Assembly: GCF_009914755.1 (NCBI RefSeq)
Contig: NC_060939.1
Origin: the human T2T-CHM13v2.0 reference genome, Homo sapiens
Reading direction: 5' to 3' (one strand)
Length of the DNA: 64,000 nt
The notes beneath the pieces are model-generated. The model ran no database searches. It was not told where the DNA came from and saw nothing but the letters and a program-made list of their open reading frames with translations. The first letter of the stretch is position 1. Every line of letters begins with the position of its first letter. Positions 27,801 to 42,829 of the stretch are shown here, in pieces. Position numbers and translations under genes: made by a program.

Positions 27801-30800
27801 TTCAATCCATTCCATTCCAGTCCATTCCATTCGAGTCCGTTCCATTCCAGTCCATTCCATTCGAGTCAATTCCATTCCATTCGATGTCTTTCCATAACGA
27901 TCCATTCCATTCTATTCCTTTCGATTCCATTCCATTCTATTTCATTCCATTCGATTCCCTTCCATTGGACTCCTTTCCATTCGAGTGCATTCCATTCCGT
28001 TCCATTTCTTTCCGTTCTGTACGATTCCTACCGTTCGATTTCATTTTGTTCCAGTCCATTCCTTTCGCGTCCATTCCATTCCATTTCACTCCATTCGATT
28101 CCATTCCACTCGATTCCACTTCGTTCCATTTCATTGCATTCCATTCTATTCAACTCTATTGCCTTCCATTCCATTCCATTCGATTACATTCCATGCGATT
28201 CCATTCGAAATCGAATCAATTACATTGCAATCCATTACTATTGAGTCCGTTTTATTCCAGTCCAATGCATTCTGGTCCATTCCATTTCATTCCACTCCAT
28301 TCCATTCCATTCCATACAGTTGCATTCCATTGGATTCCATGCTATATCTATAAATTCAATTCGAGACCATTGCTTTTGAGTCCATTCTATATGATTCCAT
28401 TCCATTCAAGTCCATTACATTTGGTTCAATTCCATTCCATTCCATTCCCTTCCATTCCATTCCATTTGATATCAATCCATTCGATTCCATTCCATTCGAG
28501 CACATTCCATTCGAGTCCATTCCATTCGATGCCATTCCATTTGATTCTATTCCATTAGTCTCCATTCAACTCCATTAATCTCCATTCCATTCCATTCTAC
28601 TCCAACTGATTCCATTCCATTCTATTCCTTTCCATTCCATTTCACTCCATTCCATTCCATTTCATTCCATTCCATTCCATTCGTGTCCATTCCACTCCAG
28701 TCCATTCCATTCGTGTCCATTCCATTCCAGTCCATTCCATTTGTGTCCACTGCATTCCATTCCACTCCATTCCATATTATTCCATTACACTCCATTCCAT
28801 TCTATTACTTTCATTTCCATTCAATTCCATTCCATTTGATTCCATTCCACTCGAATTCATTCCATTTGAGTCCACTCCATTCCATTCCATTCCATTCCAT
28901 TCAGTTCCATTCCATTCTGTTCCATTCCATTCCGTTCCATTGCATTCCATTCCATTCGGTACCATTCCATATTGTTCCATTCGATTCCATTCGAATCCAT
29001 TCCATTCCAGTCCATTCCATTCGATTCCATTCCATTCATTTCAATTCCATTCCATTCCATTCCATTCCGCTTGATTCCACTCCATTCCCTTCCACTGCAT
29101 TCCATTGCATTGCATTCCATTCCATTGGATTGCATTCCATTCGATTCCATTCCATTCGAATCAATTACATAGCAATCCATTACATTCGAGTCTATTCTCT
29201 TCCGTTCCATTCGATTTCGTTCCAATCCATTCGATTCCATTCCATTCGATTCCATTCCATACTATTGCATTCCATTCGATTACATTATATTCGAATAAGT
29301 TCCATTCAAGACCATTTCTTTTGAGTCCATTCTATTTGAGTCCATTCCCTTTGATTCCATAACATTTGAGTCCATTCAATTCCATTCCTTTCGTTTCCAT
29401 TCCATTTGATGCCATTCCATTCAATTCTGTTCTACTCGACTCCAATACATTCAATTCCATTCCATCCGATTCCATTACATTCTTTTCATTTCTTATCCAT
29501 TTCAAGCCATTCCACTCCATTCCATTCCACTCGTTTCCTTTCCATTCGAGTCCATTCCTCTCCAGTCCATTCCGTTCAATCCATTCCATTCCAGTCCATT
29601 CCATTCGAGTCCGTTCCATTCCAGTCCATTCCATTCGAGTCAATTCCATTCCATTCGATGTCTTTCCATAACGATCCATTCCATTCTATTCCTTTCGATT
29701 CCATTCCATTCTATTTCATTCCATTCGATTCCCTTCCATTGGACTCCTTTCCATTCGAGTGCATTCCATTCCGTTCCATTTCTTTCCGTTCTGTACGATT
29801 CCTACCGTTCGATTTCATTTTGTTCCAGTCCATTCTTTCTCGTCCATTCCATTCCATTTCACTCCATTCGATTCTATTCCACTCGATTCCACTTCGTTCC
29901 ATTTCATTGCATTCCATTCTATTCAACTCTATTGCCTTCCATTCCATTCCATTCGATTACATTCCATGCGATTCCATTCGAAATCGAAACAATTACATTG
30001 CAATCCATTACTATTGAGTCCGTTTTATTCCAGTCCACTGCATTCTGGTCCATTCCATTTGATTCCATTCCATTCTATTCCATTCCATACAGTTGCATTC
30101 CATTGGATTCCATTCTATATCTATAAATTCAATTCGAGACCATTGCTTTTGAGTCCATTCTATATGATTCCATTCCATTCAAGTCCATTACATTTGGTTC
30201 AATTCCATTCCATTCCATTCCCTTCCATTCCATTCCAGTTGATATCAATCCATTCGATTCCATTCCATTCGAGCACATTCCATTCGAGTCCATTCCATTC
30301 GATGCCATTCCATTTGATTCTATTCCATTAGTCTCCATTCAATTCCATTAATCTCCATTCCATTCCATTCTACTCCAACTGATTCCATTCCATTCTATTC
30401 CTTTCCATTCCATTTTATTCCATTCCATTCCATTTCATTCCATTCCATTCCATTCGTGTCCATTCCACTCCAGTCCATTCCATTCGTGTCCATTCCATTC
30501 CAGTCCATTCCATTTGTGTCCACTGCATTCCATTCCACTCCATTCCATATTATTCCATTACACTCAATTCCATTCTATTACTTTCATTTCCTTTGAATTC
30601 CATTCCATTTGATTCCATTCCACTCGGTTTCATTCCATTTGAGTCCACTCCATTCCATTCCATTCCATTCCATTCAGTTCCATTCCATTCTGTTCCATTC
30701 CATTCCGTTCCATTACATTCCATTCCATTCGGTACCATTCCATATTGTTCCATTCGATTCCATTCGAATCCATTCCATTCCAGTCCATTCCATTCGATTC

Positions 30801-32380
30801 CATTCCATTCATTTCAATTCCATTCCATTCCATTCCATTACATTCCACTTGATTCCTCTCCATTCCCTTCCACTGCATTCCGTTCGATTCCATTCCATTG
30901 CATTGCATTCCATTCCATTGGATTGCATTCCATTCGATTCCATTCCATTCGAATCAATTACATAGCAATCCATTACATTCGAGTCTATTCTATTCCGTTC
31001 CATTCGATTTCGTTCCAATCCATTCGATTCCATTCCATTCGATTCCATTCCATACTATTGCATTCCATTCGATTACATTATATTCGAATAAGTTCCATTC
31101 AAGACCATTTCTTTTGAGTCCATTCTATTTGAGTCCATTCCCTTTGATTCCATAACATTTGAGTCCATTCAATTCCATTCCTTTCGTTTCCATTCCATTT
31201 GATGCCATTCCATTCAATTCTGTTCTACTCGACTCCAATACATTCAATTCCATTCCATCCGATTCCATTACATTCTTTTCATTTCTTATCCATTTCAAGC
31301 CATTCCACTCCATTCCATTCCACTCGTTTCCTTTCCATTCGAGTCCATTCCTCTCCAGTCCATTCCGTTCAATCCATTCCATTCCAGTCCATTCCATTCG
31401 AGTCCGTTCCATTCCAGTCCATTCCATTCGAGTCAATTCCATCCCATTCGATGTCTTTCCATAACGATCCATTCCATTCTATTCCTTTCGATTCCATTCC
31501 ATTCTATTTCATTCCATTCGATTCCCTTCCATTGGACTCCTTTCCATTCGAGTGCATTCCATTCCGTTCCATTTCTTTCCGTTCTGTACGATTCCTACCG
31601 TTCGATTTCATTTTGTTCCAGTCCATTCCTTTCGCGTCCATTCCATTCCATTTCACTCCATTCGATTCCATTCCACTCGATTCCACTTCGTTCCATTTCA
31701 TTGCATTCCATTCTATTCAACTCTATTGCCTTCCATTCCATTCCATTCGATTACATTCCATGCGATTCCATTCGAAATCGAATCAATTACATTGCAATCC
31801 ATTACTATTGAGTCCGTTTTATTCCAGTCCACTGCATTCTGGTCCATTCCATTTGAATCCATTCCATTCTATTCCATTCCATACAGTTGCATTCCATTGG
31901 ATTCCATGCTATATCTATAAATTCAATTCGAGACCATTGCTTTTGAGTCCATTCTATATGATTCCATTCCATTCAAGTCCATTACATTTGGTTCAATTCC
32001 ATTCCATTGCATTCCCTTCCATTCCATTCCAGTTGATATCAATCCATTCGATTCCATTCCATTCGAGCACATTCCATTCGAGTCCATTCCATTCGATGCC
32101 ATTCCATTTGATTCTATTCCATTAGTCTCCATTCAATTCCATTAATCTCCATTCCATTCCATTCTACTCCAACTGATTCCATTCCATTCTATTCCTTTCC
32201 ATTCCATTTCATTCCATTCCATTCCATTTCATTCCATTCCATTCCATTCGCTTCCATTCCATTCGTGTCCATTCCACTCCAGTCCATTCCATTCGTGTCC
32301 ATTCCATTCCAGTCCATTCCATTTGTGTCCACTGCATTCCATTCCACTCCATTCCATATTATTCCATTACACTCCATTCC
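12820..32380 (+). repeat. Tandem duplication of a 5-unit (~8.95 kb) block; the left copy carries one extra monomer
   Basis: An ordered marker series recurs first at +10711 to +10727: ATTACGTTCC 13124/23835, CCAGTGCATT ~14398/~25109, CGATACC ~14716/~25427, CCCCTCG ~15592/~26303, EcoRI 18126/28853. It then recurs at +8954: EcoRI 19899/28853 and 21641/30595, anchors 22205/31159. Confidence 0.85.
17685..21280 (+). repeat. Recent, apparently perfect tandem monomer duplication (1773 bp)
   Basis: The ORF sets repeat identically at +1773 (17956/19729, 18639/20412, 18679/20452). Both copies share EcoRI (18126/19899), CCGCTTG, a 15-bp deletion, CATTGCGTTC, a 1-bp C deletion, an extra CCATCCGAT and CGAAACAATT. 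Confidence 0.93.
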
Positions 32381-35300
32381 ATTCTATCACTTTCATTTCC
32401 ATTCAATTCCATTCCATTTGATTCCATTCCACTCGGTTTCATTCCATTTGAGTCCACTCCATTCCATTCCATTCAATTCCATTCAGTTCCATTCCATTCT
32501 GTTCCATTCCATTCCGTTCCATTACATTCCATTCCATTCGGTACCATTCCATATTGTTCCATTCGATTCCATTCGAATCCATTCCATTCCAGTCCATTCC
32601 ATTCGATTCCATTCCATTCATTTCAATTCCATTCCATTCCATTCCATTACATTCCACTTGATTCCTCTCCATTCCCTTCCACTGCATTCCGTTCGATTCC
32701 ATTCCATTGCATTGCATTCCATTCCATTGGATTGCATTCCATTCGATTCCATTCCATTCGAATCAATTACATAGCAATCCATTACATTCGAGTCTATTCT
32801 ATTCCGTTCCATTCGATTTCGTTCCAATCCATTCGATTCCATTCCATTCGGTTCCATTCCATACTATTGCATTCCATTCGATTACATTATATTCGAATAA
32901 GTTCCATTCAAGACCATTTCTTTTGAGTCCATTCTATTTGAGTCCATTCCCTGTGATTCCATAACATTTGAGTCCATTCAATTCCATTCCTTTCGTTTCC
33001 ATTCCATTTGATGCCATTCCATTCAATTCTGTTCTACTCGACTCCAATACATTCAATTCCATTCCATCCGATTCCATTACATTCTTTTCATTTCTTATCC
33101 ATTTCAAGCCATTCCACTCCATTCCATTCCACTCGTTTCCTTTCCATTCGAGTCCATTCCGTTCAATCCATTCCATTCCAGTCCATTCCATTCGAGTCCG
33201 TTCCATTCCAGTCCATTCCATTCGAGTCAACTCCATCCCATTCGATGTCTTTCCATAACGATCCATTCCATTCTATTCCTTTCAATTCCATTTCATTCTA
33301 TTTCATTCCATTCGATTCCCTTCCATTGGACTCCTTTCCATTCGAGTGCATTCCATTCCGTTCCATTTCTTTCCGTTCTGTACGATTCCTACCGTTCGAT
33401 TTCATTTTGTTCCAGTCCATTCCTTTCGCGTCCATTCCATTCCATTTCACTCCATTCGATTCCATTCCACTCGATTCCACTTCGTTCCATTTCATTGCAT
33501 TCCATTCTATTCAACTCTATTGCCTTCCATTCCATTCCATTCGATTACATTCCATGCGATTCCATTCGAAATCGAATCAATTACATTGCAATCCATTACA
33601 ATTGAGTCCGTTTTATTCCAGTCCACTGCATTCTGGTCCATTCCTTTTGATTCCATTCCATTCTATTCCATTCCATACAGTTGCATTCCTTTGGATTCCA
33701 TGCTATATATATAAATTCAATTCGAGACCATTGCTTTTGAGTCCATTCTATATGATTCCATTCCATTCAAGTCCATTACATTTGGTTCAATTCCATTCCA
33801 TTCCATTCCCTTCCATTCCATTCCAGTTGATATCAATCCATTCGATTCCATTCCATTCGAGCACATTCCATTCGAGTCCATTCCATTCGATGCCATTCCA
33901 TTTGATTCTATTCCATTAGTCTCCATTCAATTCCATTAATCTCCATTCCATTCCATTCTACTCCAACTGATTCCATTCCATTCTATTCCTTTCCATTCCA
34001 TTTCATTCCATTCCATTCCATTTCATTCCATTCCATTCCATTCGCTTCCATTCCGTTCGTGTCCATTCCACTCCAGTCCATTCCATTCCTGTCCATTCCA
34101 TTCCACTCCATTCCATTTGTGTCCACTGCATTCCATTCCACTCCATTCCATATTATTCCATTACACTCCCTTCCATTCTATTACTTTCATTTCCATTCAA
34201 TTCCATTCCATTTGATTCCATTCCACTCGGTTTCATTCCATTTGAGTCCACTCCATTCCATTCCATTCCATTCAGTTCCATTCCATTCTGTTCCATTCCA
34301 TTCCGTTCCATTACATTCCATTCCATTCGGTACCATTCCATATTGTTCCATTCGATTCCATTCGAATCCATTCCATTCCAGTCCATTCCATTCGATTCCA
34401 TTCCATTCATTTCTATTCCATTCCATTCCATTCCATTACATTCCACTTGATTCCTCTCCATTCCCTTCCACTGCATTCCGTTCGATTCCATTCCATTGCA
34501 TTGCATTCCATTCCATTGGATTGCATTCCATTCGATTCCATTCCATTCGAATCAATTACATAGCAATCCATTACATTCGAGTCTATTCTCTTCCGTTCCA
34601 TTCGGTTTCGTTCCAATCCATTCGATTCCATTCCATTCGATTCCATTCCATACTATTGCATTCCATTCGATTACATTATATTCGAATAAGTTCCATTCAA
34701 GACCATTTCTTTTGAGTCCATTCTATTTGAGTCCATTCCCTTTGATTCCATAACATTTGAGTCCATTCAATTCCATTCCTTTCGTTTCCATTCCATTTGA
34801 TGCCATTCCATTCAATTCTGTTCTACTCGACTCCAATACATTCAATTCCATTCCATCCGATTCCATTACATTCTTTTCATTTCTTATCCATTTCAAGCCA
34901 TTCCACTCCATTCCATTCCACTCGTTTCCTTTCCATTCGAGTCCATTCCTCTCCAGTCCATTCCGTTCAATCCATTCCATTCCAGTCCATTCCATTCGAG
35001 TCCGTTCCATTCCAGTCCATTCCATTCGAGTCAATTCCATCCCATTCGATGTCTTTCCATAACGATCCATTCCATTGTATTCCTTTCCACTCCATTCCAT
35101 TCTATTTCATTCCATTCGATTCCCTTCCATTGGACTCCTTTCCATTCGAGTGCATTCCATTCCGTTCCATTTCTTTCCGTTCTGTACGATTCCTACCGTT
35201 CGATTTCATTTTGTTCCAGTCCATTCCTTTCGCGTCCATTCCATTCCATTTCACTCCATTCGATTCCATTCCACTCGATTCCACTTCGTTCCATTTCATT

Positions 35301-38300
35301 GCATTCCATTCTATTCAACTCTATTGCCTTCCATTCCATTCCATTCGATTACATTCCATGCGATTCCATTCGAAATCGAATCAATTACATTGCAATCCAG
35401 TACTATTGAGTCCATTTCATTCCAGTCCACTGCATTCTGGTCCATTCCATTTGATTCCATTCCATTCTATTCCATTCCATACAGTTGCATTCCATTGGAT
35501 TCCATTCTATATCTATAAATTCAATTCGAGACCATTGCTTTTGAGTCCATTCTACATGATTCCATTCCATTGAAGTCCATTACATTTGGTTCAATTCCAT
35601 TCCGTTCCATTCCCTTCCATTCCATTCCAGTTGATATCAATCCATTCGATTCCATTCCACTCGAGCACATTCCATTCGAGTCCATTCCATTCGATGCCAT
35701 TCCATTTGATTCTATTCCATTAGTCTCCATTCAATTCCATTAATCTCCATTCCATTCCATTCTACTCCAACTGATTCCATTCCATTCTATTCCTTTCCAT
35801 TCCATTTCATTCCATTCCATTCCATTTCATTCCATTCCATTCCATTCCATTCCATTCGCTTCCATTCCATTCGTGTGCATTCCATTCCAGTCCATTCCAT
35901 TTGTGTCCACTGCATTCCATTCCACTCCATTCCATATTATTCCATTACACTCCATTCCATTCTATTACTTTCATTTCCATTCAATTCCATTCCATTTGAT
36001 TCCATTCCACTCGGTTTCATTCCATTTGAGTCCACTCCATTCCATTCCATTCCATTCCATTCAGTTCCATTCCATTCTGTTCCATTCCATTCCGTTCTAT
36101 TACATTCCATTCCATTCGGTACCATTCCATATTGTTCCATTCGATTCCATTCGAATCCATTCCATTCCAGTCCATTCCATTCGATTCCATTCCATTCATT
36201 TCAATTCCATTCCATTCCATTCCATTACATTCCACTTGATTCCTCTCCATTCCCTTCCACTGCATTCCGTTCGATTCCATTCCATTGCATTGCATTCCAT
36301 TCCATTGGATTGCATTCCATTCGATTCCATTCCATTCGAATCAATTACATAGCAATCCATTACATTCGAGTCTATTCTCTTCCGTTCCATTCGATTTCTT
36401 TCCAATCCATTCGATTCCATTCCATTCGATTCCATTCCACACTATTGCATTCCATTCGATTACATTATATTCGAATAAGTTCCATTCAAGACCATTTCTT
36501 TTGAGTCCATTCTATTTGAGTCCATTCCCTTTGATTCCATAACATTTGAGTCCATTCAATTCCATTCCTTTCGTTTCCATTCCATTTGATGCCATTCCAT
36601 TCAATTCTGTTCTACTCGACTCCAATACATTCAATTCCATTCCATCCGATTCCATTACATTCTTTTCATTTCTTATCCATTTCAAGCCATTCCACTCCAT
36701 TCCATTCCACTCGTTTCCTTTCCATTCGAGTCCATTCCTCTCCAGTCCATTCCGTTCAATCCATTCCATTCCAGTCCATTCCATTCGAGTCCGTTCCATT
36801 CCAGTCCATTCCATTCGAGTCAATTCCATTCCATTCGATGTCTTTCCATAACGATCCATTCCATTCTATTCCTTTCGATTCCATTCCATTCTATTTCATT
36901 CCATTCGATTCCCTTCCATTGGACTCCTTTCCATTCGAGTGCATTCCATTCCATTCCATTACTTTCCGTTCTGTACGATTCCTACCGTTCGATTTCATTT
37001 TGTTCCAGTCCATTCTTTCGCGTCCATTCCATTCCATTTCACTCCATTCGATTCCATTCCACTCGATTCCACTTCGTTCCATTTCATTGCATTCCATTCT
37101 ATTCAACTCTATTGCCTTCCATTCCATTCCATTCGATTACATTCCATGCGATTCCATTCGAAATCGAATCAATTACATTGCAATCCATTACTATTGAGTC
37201 CGTTTTATTCCAGTCCACTGCATTCTGGTCCATTCCATTTGATTCCATTCCATTCTATTCCATTCCATACAGTTGCATTCCATTGGATTCCATGCTATAT
37301 CTATAAATTCAATTCGAGACCATTGCTTTTGAGTCCATTCTATATGATTCCATTCCATTCAAGTCCATTACATTTGGTTAAATTCCATTCCATTCGGTTC
37401 AATTCCATTCCATTCCATTCCCTTCCATTCCATTCCAGTTGATATCAATCCATTCGATTCCATTCCATTCGAGCACATTCCATTCGAGTCCATTCCATTC
37501 GATGCCATTCCATTTGATTCTATTCCATTAGTCTCCATTCACTTCCATTAATCTCCATTCCATTCCATTCTACTCCAACTGATTCCATTCCATTCTATTC
37601 CTTTCCATTCCATTTCATTCCATTCCATTCCATTTCATTCCATTCCATTCCATTCCATTCCATTCCATTTGCTTCCATTCCATTCGTGTCCATTGCATTC
37701 CAGTCCATTCCATTTGTGTCCACTGCATTCCATTCCACTCCATTCCATATTATTCCATTACACTCCATTCCATTCTATTACTTTCATTTCCATTCAATTC
37801 CATTCCATTTGATTCCATTCCACTCGGTTTCATTCCATTTGAGTCCACTCCATTCCATTCCATTCAGTTCCATTCCATTCTGTTCCATTCCATTCCGTTC
37901 CATTGCATTCCATTCCATTCGGTACCATTCCATATTGTTCCATTCGATTCCATTCGAATCCATTCCATTCCAGTCCATTCCATTCGATTCCATTCCATTC
38001 CTTTCAATTCCATTCCATTCCATTCCATTCCACTTGATTCCACTCCATTCCCTTCCACTGCATTCCATTGCATTGCATTCCATTCCATTGGACTGCATTC
38101 CATTCGATTCCATTCCATTCGAATCAATTACATAGCAATCCATTACATTCGAGTCTATTCTATTCCGTTCCATTCGATTTCGTTCCAATCCATTCGATTC
38201 CATTCCATTCGATTCCATTCCATACTATTGCATTCCATTCGATTACATTATATTCGAATAAGTTCCATTCAAGACCATTTCTTTTGAGTCCATTCTATTT

Positions 38301-41300
38301 GAGTCCATTCCCTTTGATTCCATAACATTTGAGTCCATTCAATTCCATTCCTTTCGTTTCCATTCCATTTGATGCCATTCCATTCAATTCTGTTCTACTC
38401 GACTCCAATACATTCAATTCCATTCCATCCGATTCCATTACATTCTTTTAATTTCTTATCCATTTCAAGCCATTCCACTCCATTCCATTCCACTCGTTTC
38501 CTTTCCATTCGAGTCCATTCCTCTCCAGTCCATTCCGTTCAATCCATTCCATTCCAGTCCATTCCATTCGAGTCCGTTCCATTCCAGTCCATTCCATTCG
38601 AGTCAATTCCATTCCATTCGATGTCTTTCCATAACGATCCATTCCATTCTATTCCTTTCGATTCCATTCCATTCTATTTCATTCCATTCGATTCCCTTCC
38701 ATTGGACTCCTTTCCATTCGAGTGCATTCCATTCCGTTCCATTTCTTCCCGTTCTGTACGATTCCTACCGTTCGATTTCATTTTGTTCCAGTCCATTCTT
38801 TCGCGTCCATTCCATTCCATTTCACTCCATTCGATTCCATTCCACTCGATTCCACTTCGTTCCATTTCATTGCATTCCATTCTATTCAACTCTATTGCCT
38901 TCCATTCCATTCCATTCGATTACATTCCATGCGATTCCATTCGAAATCGAATCAATTACATTGCAATCCATTACTATTGAGTCCGTTTTATTCCAGTCCA
39001 CTGCATTCTGGTCCATTCCATTTGATTCCATTCCATTCTATTCCATTCCATACAGTTGCATTCCATTGGATTCCATGCTATATCTATAAATTCAATTCGA
39101 GACCATTGCTTTTGAGTCCATTCTATATGATTCCATTCCATTCAACTCCATTACATTTGGTTAAATTCCATTCCATTAGGGTCAATTCCATTCCATTCCA
39201 TTCCCTTCCATTCCATTCCAGTTCATATCAATCCATTCGATTCCATTCCATTCGAGCACATTCCATTCGAGTCCATTCCATTCGATGCCATTCCATTTGA
39301 TTCTATTCCATTAGTCTCCATTCAATTCCATTAATCTCCATTCCATTCCATTCTACTCCAACTGATTCCATTCCATTCTATTCCTTTCCATTCCATTTCA
39401 TTCCATTCCATTCCATTCCGTTCCATTCCATTCGTGTCCATTCCACTCCAGTCCATTCCATTCGTATCCATTCCATTCCAGTCCATTCCATTTGTGTCCA
39501 CTGCATTCCATTCCACTCCATTCCATATTATTCCATTACACTCCATTCCATTCTATTACTTTCATTTCCATTCAATTCCATTCCATTTGATTCCATTCCA
39601 CTCGGTTTCATTCCATTTGAGTCCACTCCATTCCATTCCATTCCATTCAGTTCCATTCCATTCTGTTCCATTCCATTCCGTTCCATTACATTCCATTCCA
39701 TTCGGTACCATTCCATATTGTTCCATTCGATTCCATTCGAATCCATTCCATTCCAGTCCATTCCATTCGATTCCATTCCATTCATTTCAATTCCATTCCA
39801 TTCCATTCCATTCCATTCCATTCCACTTGATTCCTCTCCATTCCCTTCCACTGCATTCCGTTCGATTCCATTCCATTGCATTGCATTCCATTCCATTGGA
39901 TTGCATTCCATTCCATTCCATTCCATTCGAATCAATTACATAGCAATCCATTACATTCGAGTCTATTCTATTCCGTTCCATTCGATTTCGTTCCAATCCA
40001 TTCGATTCCATTCCATTCGATTCCATTCCATACTATTGCATTCCATTCGATTACATTATATTCGAATAAGTTCCATTCAAGACCATTTCTTTTGAGTCCA
40101 TTCTATTTGAGTCCATTCCCTTTGATTCCATAACATTTGAGTCCATTCAATTCCATTCCTTTCGTTTCCATTCCATTTGATGCCATTCCATTCAATTCTG
40201 TTCTACTCGACTCCAATACATTCAATTCCATTCCATCCGATTCCATTACATTCTTTTCATTTCTTATCCATTTCAAGCCATTCCACTCCATTCCATTCCA
40301 CTCGTTTCCTTTCCATTCGAGTCCATTCCTCTCCAGTCCATTCCGTTCAATCCATTCCATTCCAGTCCATTCCATTCGAGTCCGTTCCATTCCAGTTCAT
40401 TCCATTCGAGTCAATTCCATCCCATTCGATGTCTTTCCATAACGATCCATTCCATTCTATTCCTTTCAATTCCATTCCATTCTATTTCATTCCATTCGAT
40501 TCCCTTCCATTGGACTCCTTTCCATTCGAGTGCATTCCATTCCGTTCCATTTCTTTCCGTTCTGTACGATTCCTACCGTTCGATTTCATTTTGTTCCAGT
40601 CCATTCCTTTCGCGTCCATTCCATTCCATTTCACTCCATTCGATTCCATTCCACTCGATTCCACTTCGTTCCATTTCATTGCATTCCATTCTATTCAACT
40701 CTATTGCCTTCCATTCCATTCCATTCGATTACATTCCATGCGATTCCATTCGAAATCGAATCAATTACATTGCAATCCATTACTATTGAGTCCGTTTTAT
40801 TCCAGTCCACTGCATTCTGGTCCATTCCATTTGATTCCATTCCATTCTATTCCATTCCATACAGTTGCATTCCATTGGATTCCATTCTATATCTATAAAT
40901 TCAATTCGAGACCATTGCTTTTGAGTCCATTCTATATGATTCCATTCCATTCAAGTCCATTACATTTGGTTCAATTCCATTCCATTCCATTCCTTTCCAT
41001 TCCATTCCATTTGATATCAATCCATTCGATTCCATTCCATTCGAGCACATTCCATTCGAGTCCATTCCATTCGATGCCATTCCATTTGATTCTATTCCAT
41101 TAGTCTCCATTCAATTCCATTAATCTCCATTCCATTCCATTCTACACCAACTGATTCCATTCCATTCTATTCCTTTCCATTCCATTTCATTCCATTCCAT
41201 TCCATTCCATTCCATTCCATTCGTGTCCATTCCACTCCAGTCCATTCCATTCGTGTCCATTCCGTTCCAGTCCATTCCATTTGTGTCCACTGCATTCCAT

Positions 41301-42829
41301 TCCACTCCATTCCATATTATTCCATTACACTCCATTCCATTCTATTACTTTCATTTCCATTCAATTCCATTCCATTTGATTCCATTCCACTCGGTTTCAT
41401 TCCATTTGAGTCCACTCCATTCCATTCCATTCCATTCCATTCAGTTCCATTCCATTCTGTTCCATTCCATTCCGTTCCATTACATTCCATTCCATTCGGT
41501 ACCATTCCATATTGTTCCATTCGATTCCATTCGAATCCATTCCATTCCAGTCCATTCCATTCGATTCCATTCCATTCATTTCAATTCCATTCCATTCCAT
41601 TCCATTACATTCCACTTGATTCCTCTCCATTCCCTTCCACTGCATTCCGTTCGATTCCATTCCATTGCATTGCATTCCATTCCATTGGATTGCATTCCAT
41701 TCGATTCCATTCCATTCGAATCAATTACATAGCAATCCATTACATTCGAGTCTATTCTATTCCGTTCCATTCGATTTCGTTCCAATCCATTCGATTCCAT
41801 TCCATTCGGTTCCATTCCATACTATTGCATTCCATTCGATTACATTATATTCGAATAAGTTCCATTCAAGACCATTTCTTTTGAGTCCATTCTATTTGAG
41901 TCCATTCCCTTTGATTCCATAACATTTGAGTCCATTCAATTCCATTCCTTTCGTTTCCATTCCATTTGATGCCATTCCATTCAATTCTGTTCTACTCGAC
42001 TCCAATACATTGAATTCCATTCCATCCGATTCCATTACATTCTTTTCATTTCTTATCCATTTCAAGCCATTCCACTCCATTCCATTCCACTCGTTTCCTT
42101 TCCATTCGAGTCCATTCCGTTCAATCCATTCCATTCCAGTCCATTCCATTCGAGTCCGTTCCATTCCAGTCCATTCCATTCGAGTCAACTCCATCCCATT
42201 CGATGTCTTTCCATAACGATCCATTCCATTCTATTCCTTTCAATTCCATTTCATTCTATTTCATTCCATTCGATTCCCTTCCATTGGACTCCTTTCCATT
42301 CGAGTGCATTCCATTCCGTTCCATTTCTTTCCGTTCTGTACGATTCCTACCGTTCGATTTCATTTTGTTCCAGTCCATTCCTTTCGCGTCCATTCCATTC
42401 CATTTGACTCCATTCGATTCCATTCCACTCGATTCCACTTCGTTCCATTTCATTGCATTCCATTCTATTCAACTCTATTGCCTTCCATTCCATTCCATTC
42501 GATTACATTCCATGCGATTCCATTCAAAATCGAATCAATTACATTGCAATCCATTACAATTGAGTCCGTTTTATTCCAGTCCACTGCATTCTGGTCCATT
42601 CCATTTGATTCCATTCCATTCTATTCCATTCCATACAGTTGCATTCCTTTGGATTCCATGCTATATCTATAAATTCAATTCGAGACCATTGCTTTTGAGT
42701 CCATTCTATATGATTCCATTCCATTCAAGTCCATTACATTTGGTTCAATTCCATTCCATTCCATTCCCTTCCATTCCATTCCAGTTGATATCAATCCATT
42801 CGATTCCATTCCATTCGAGCACATTCCAT

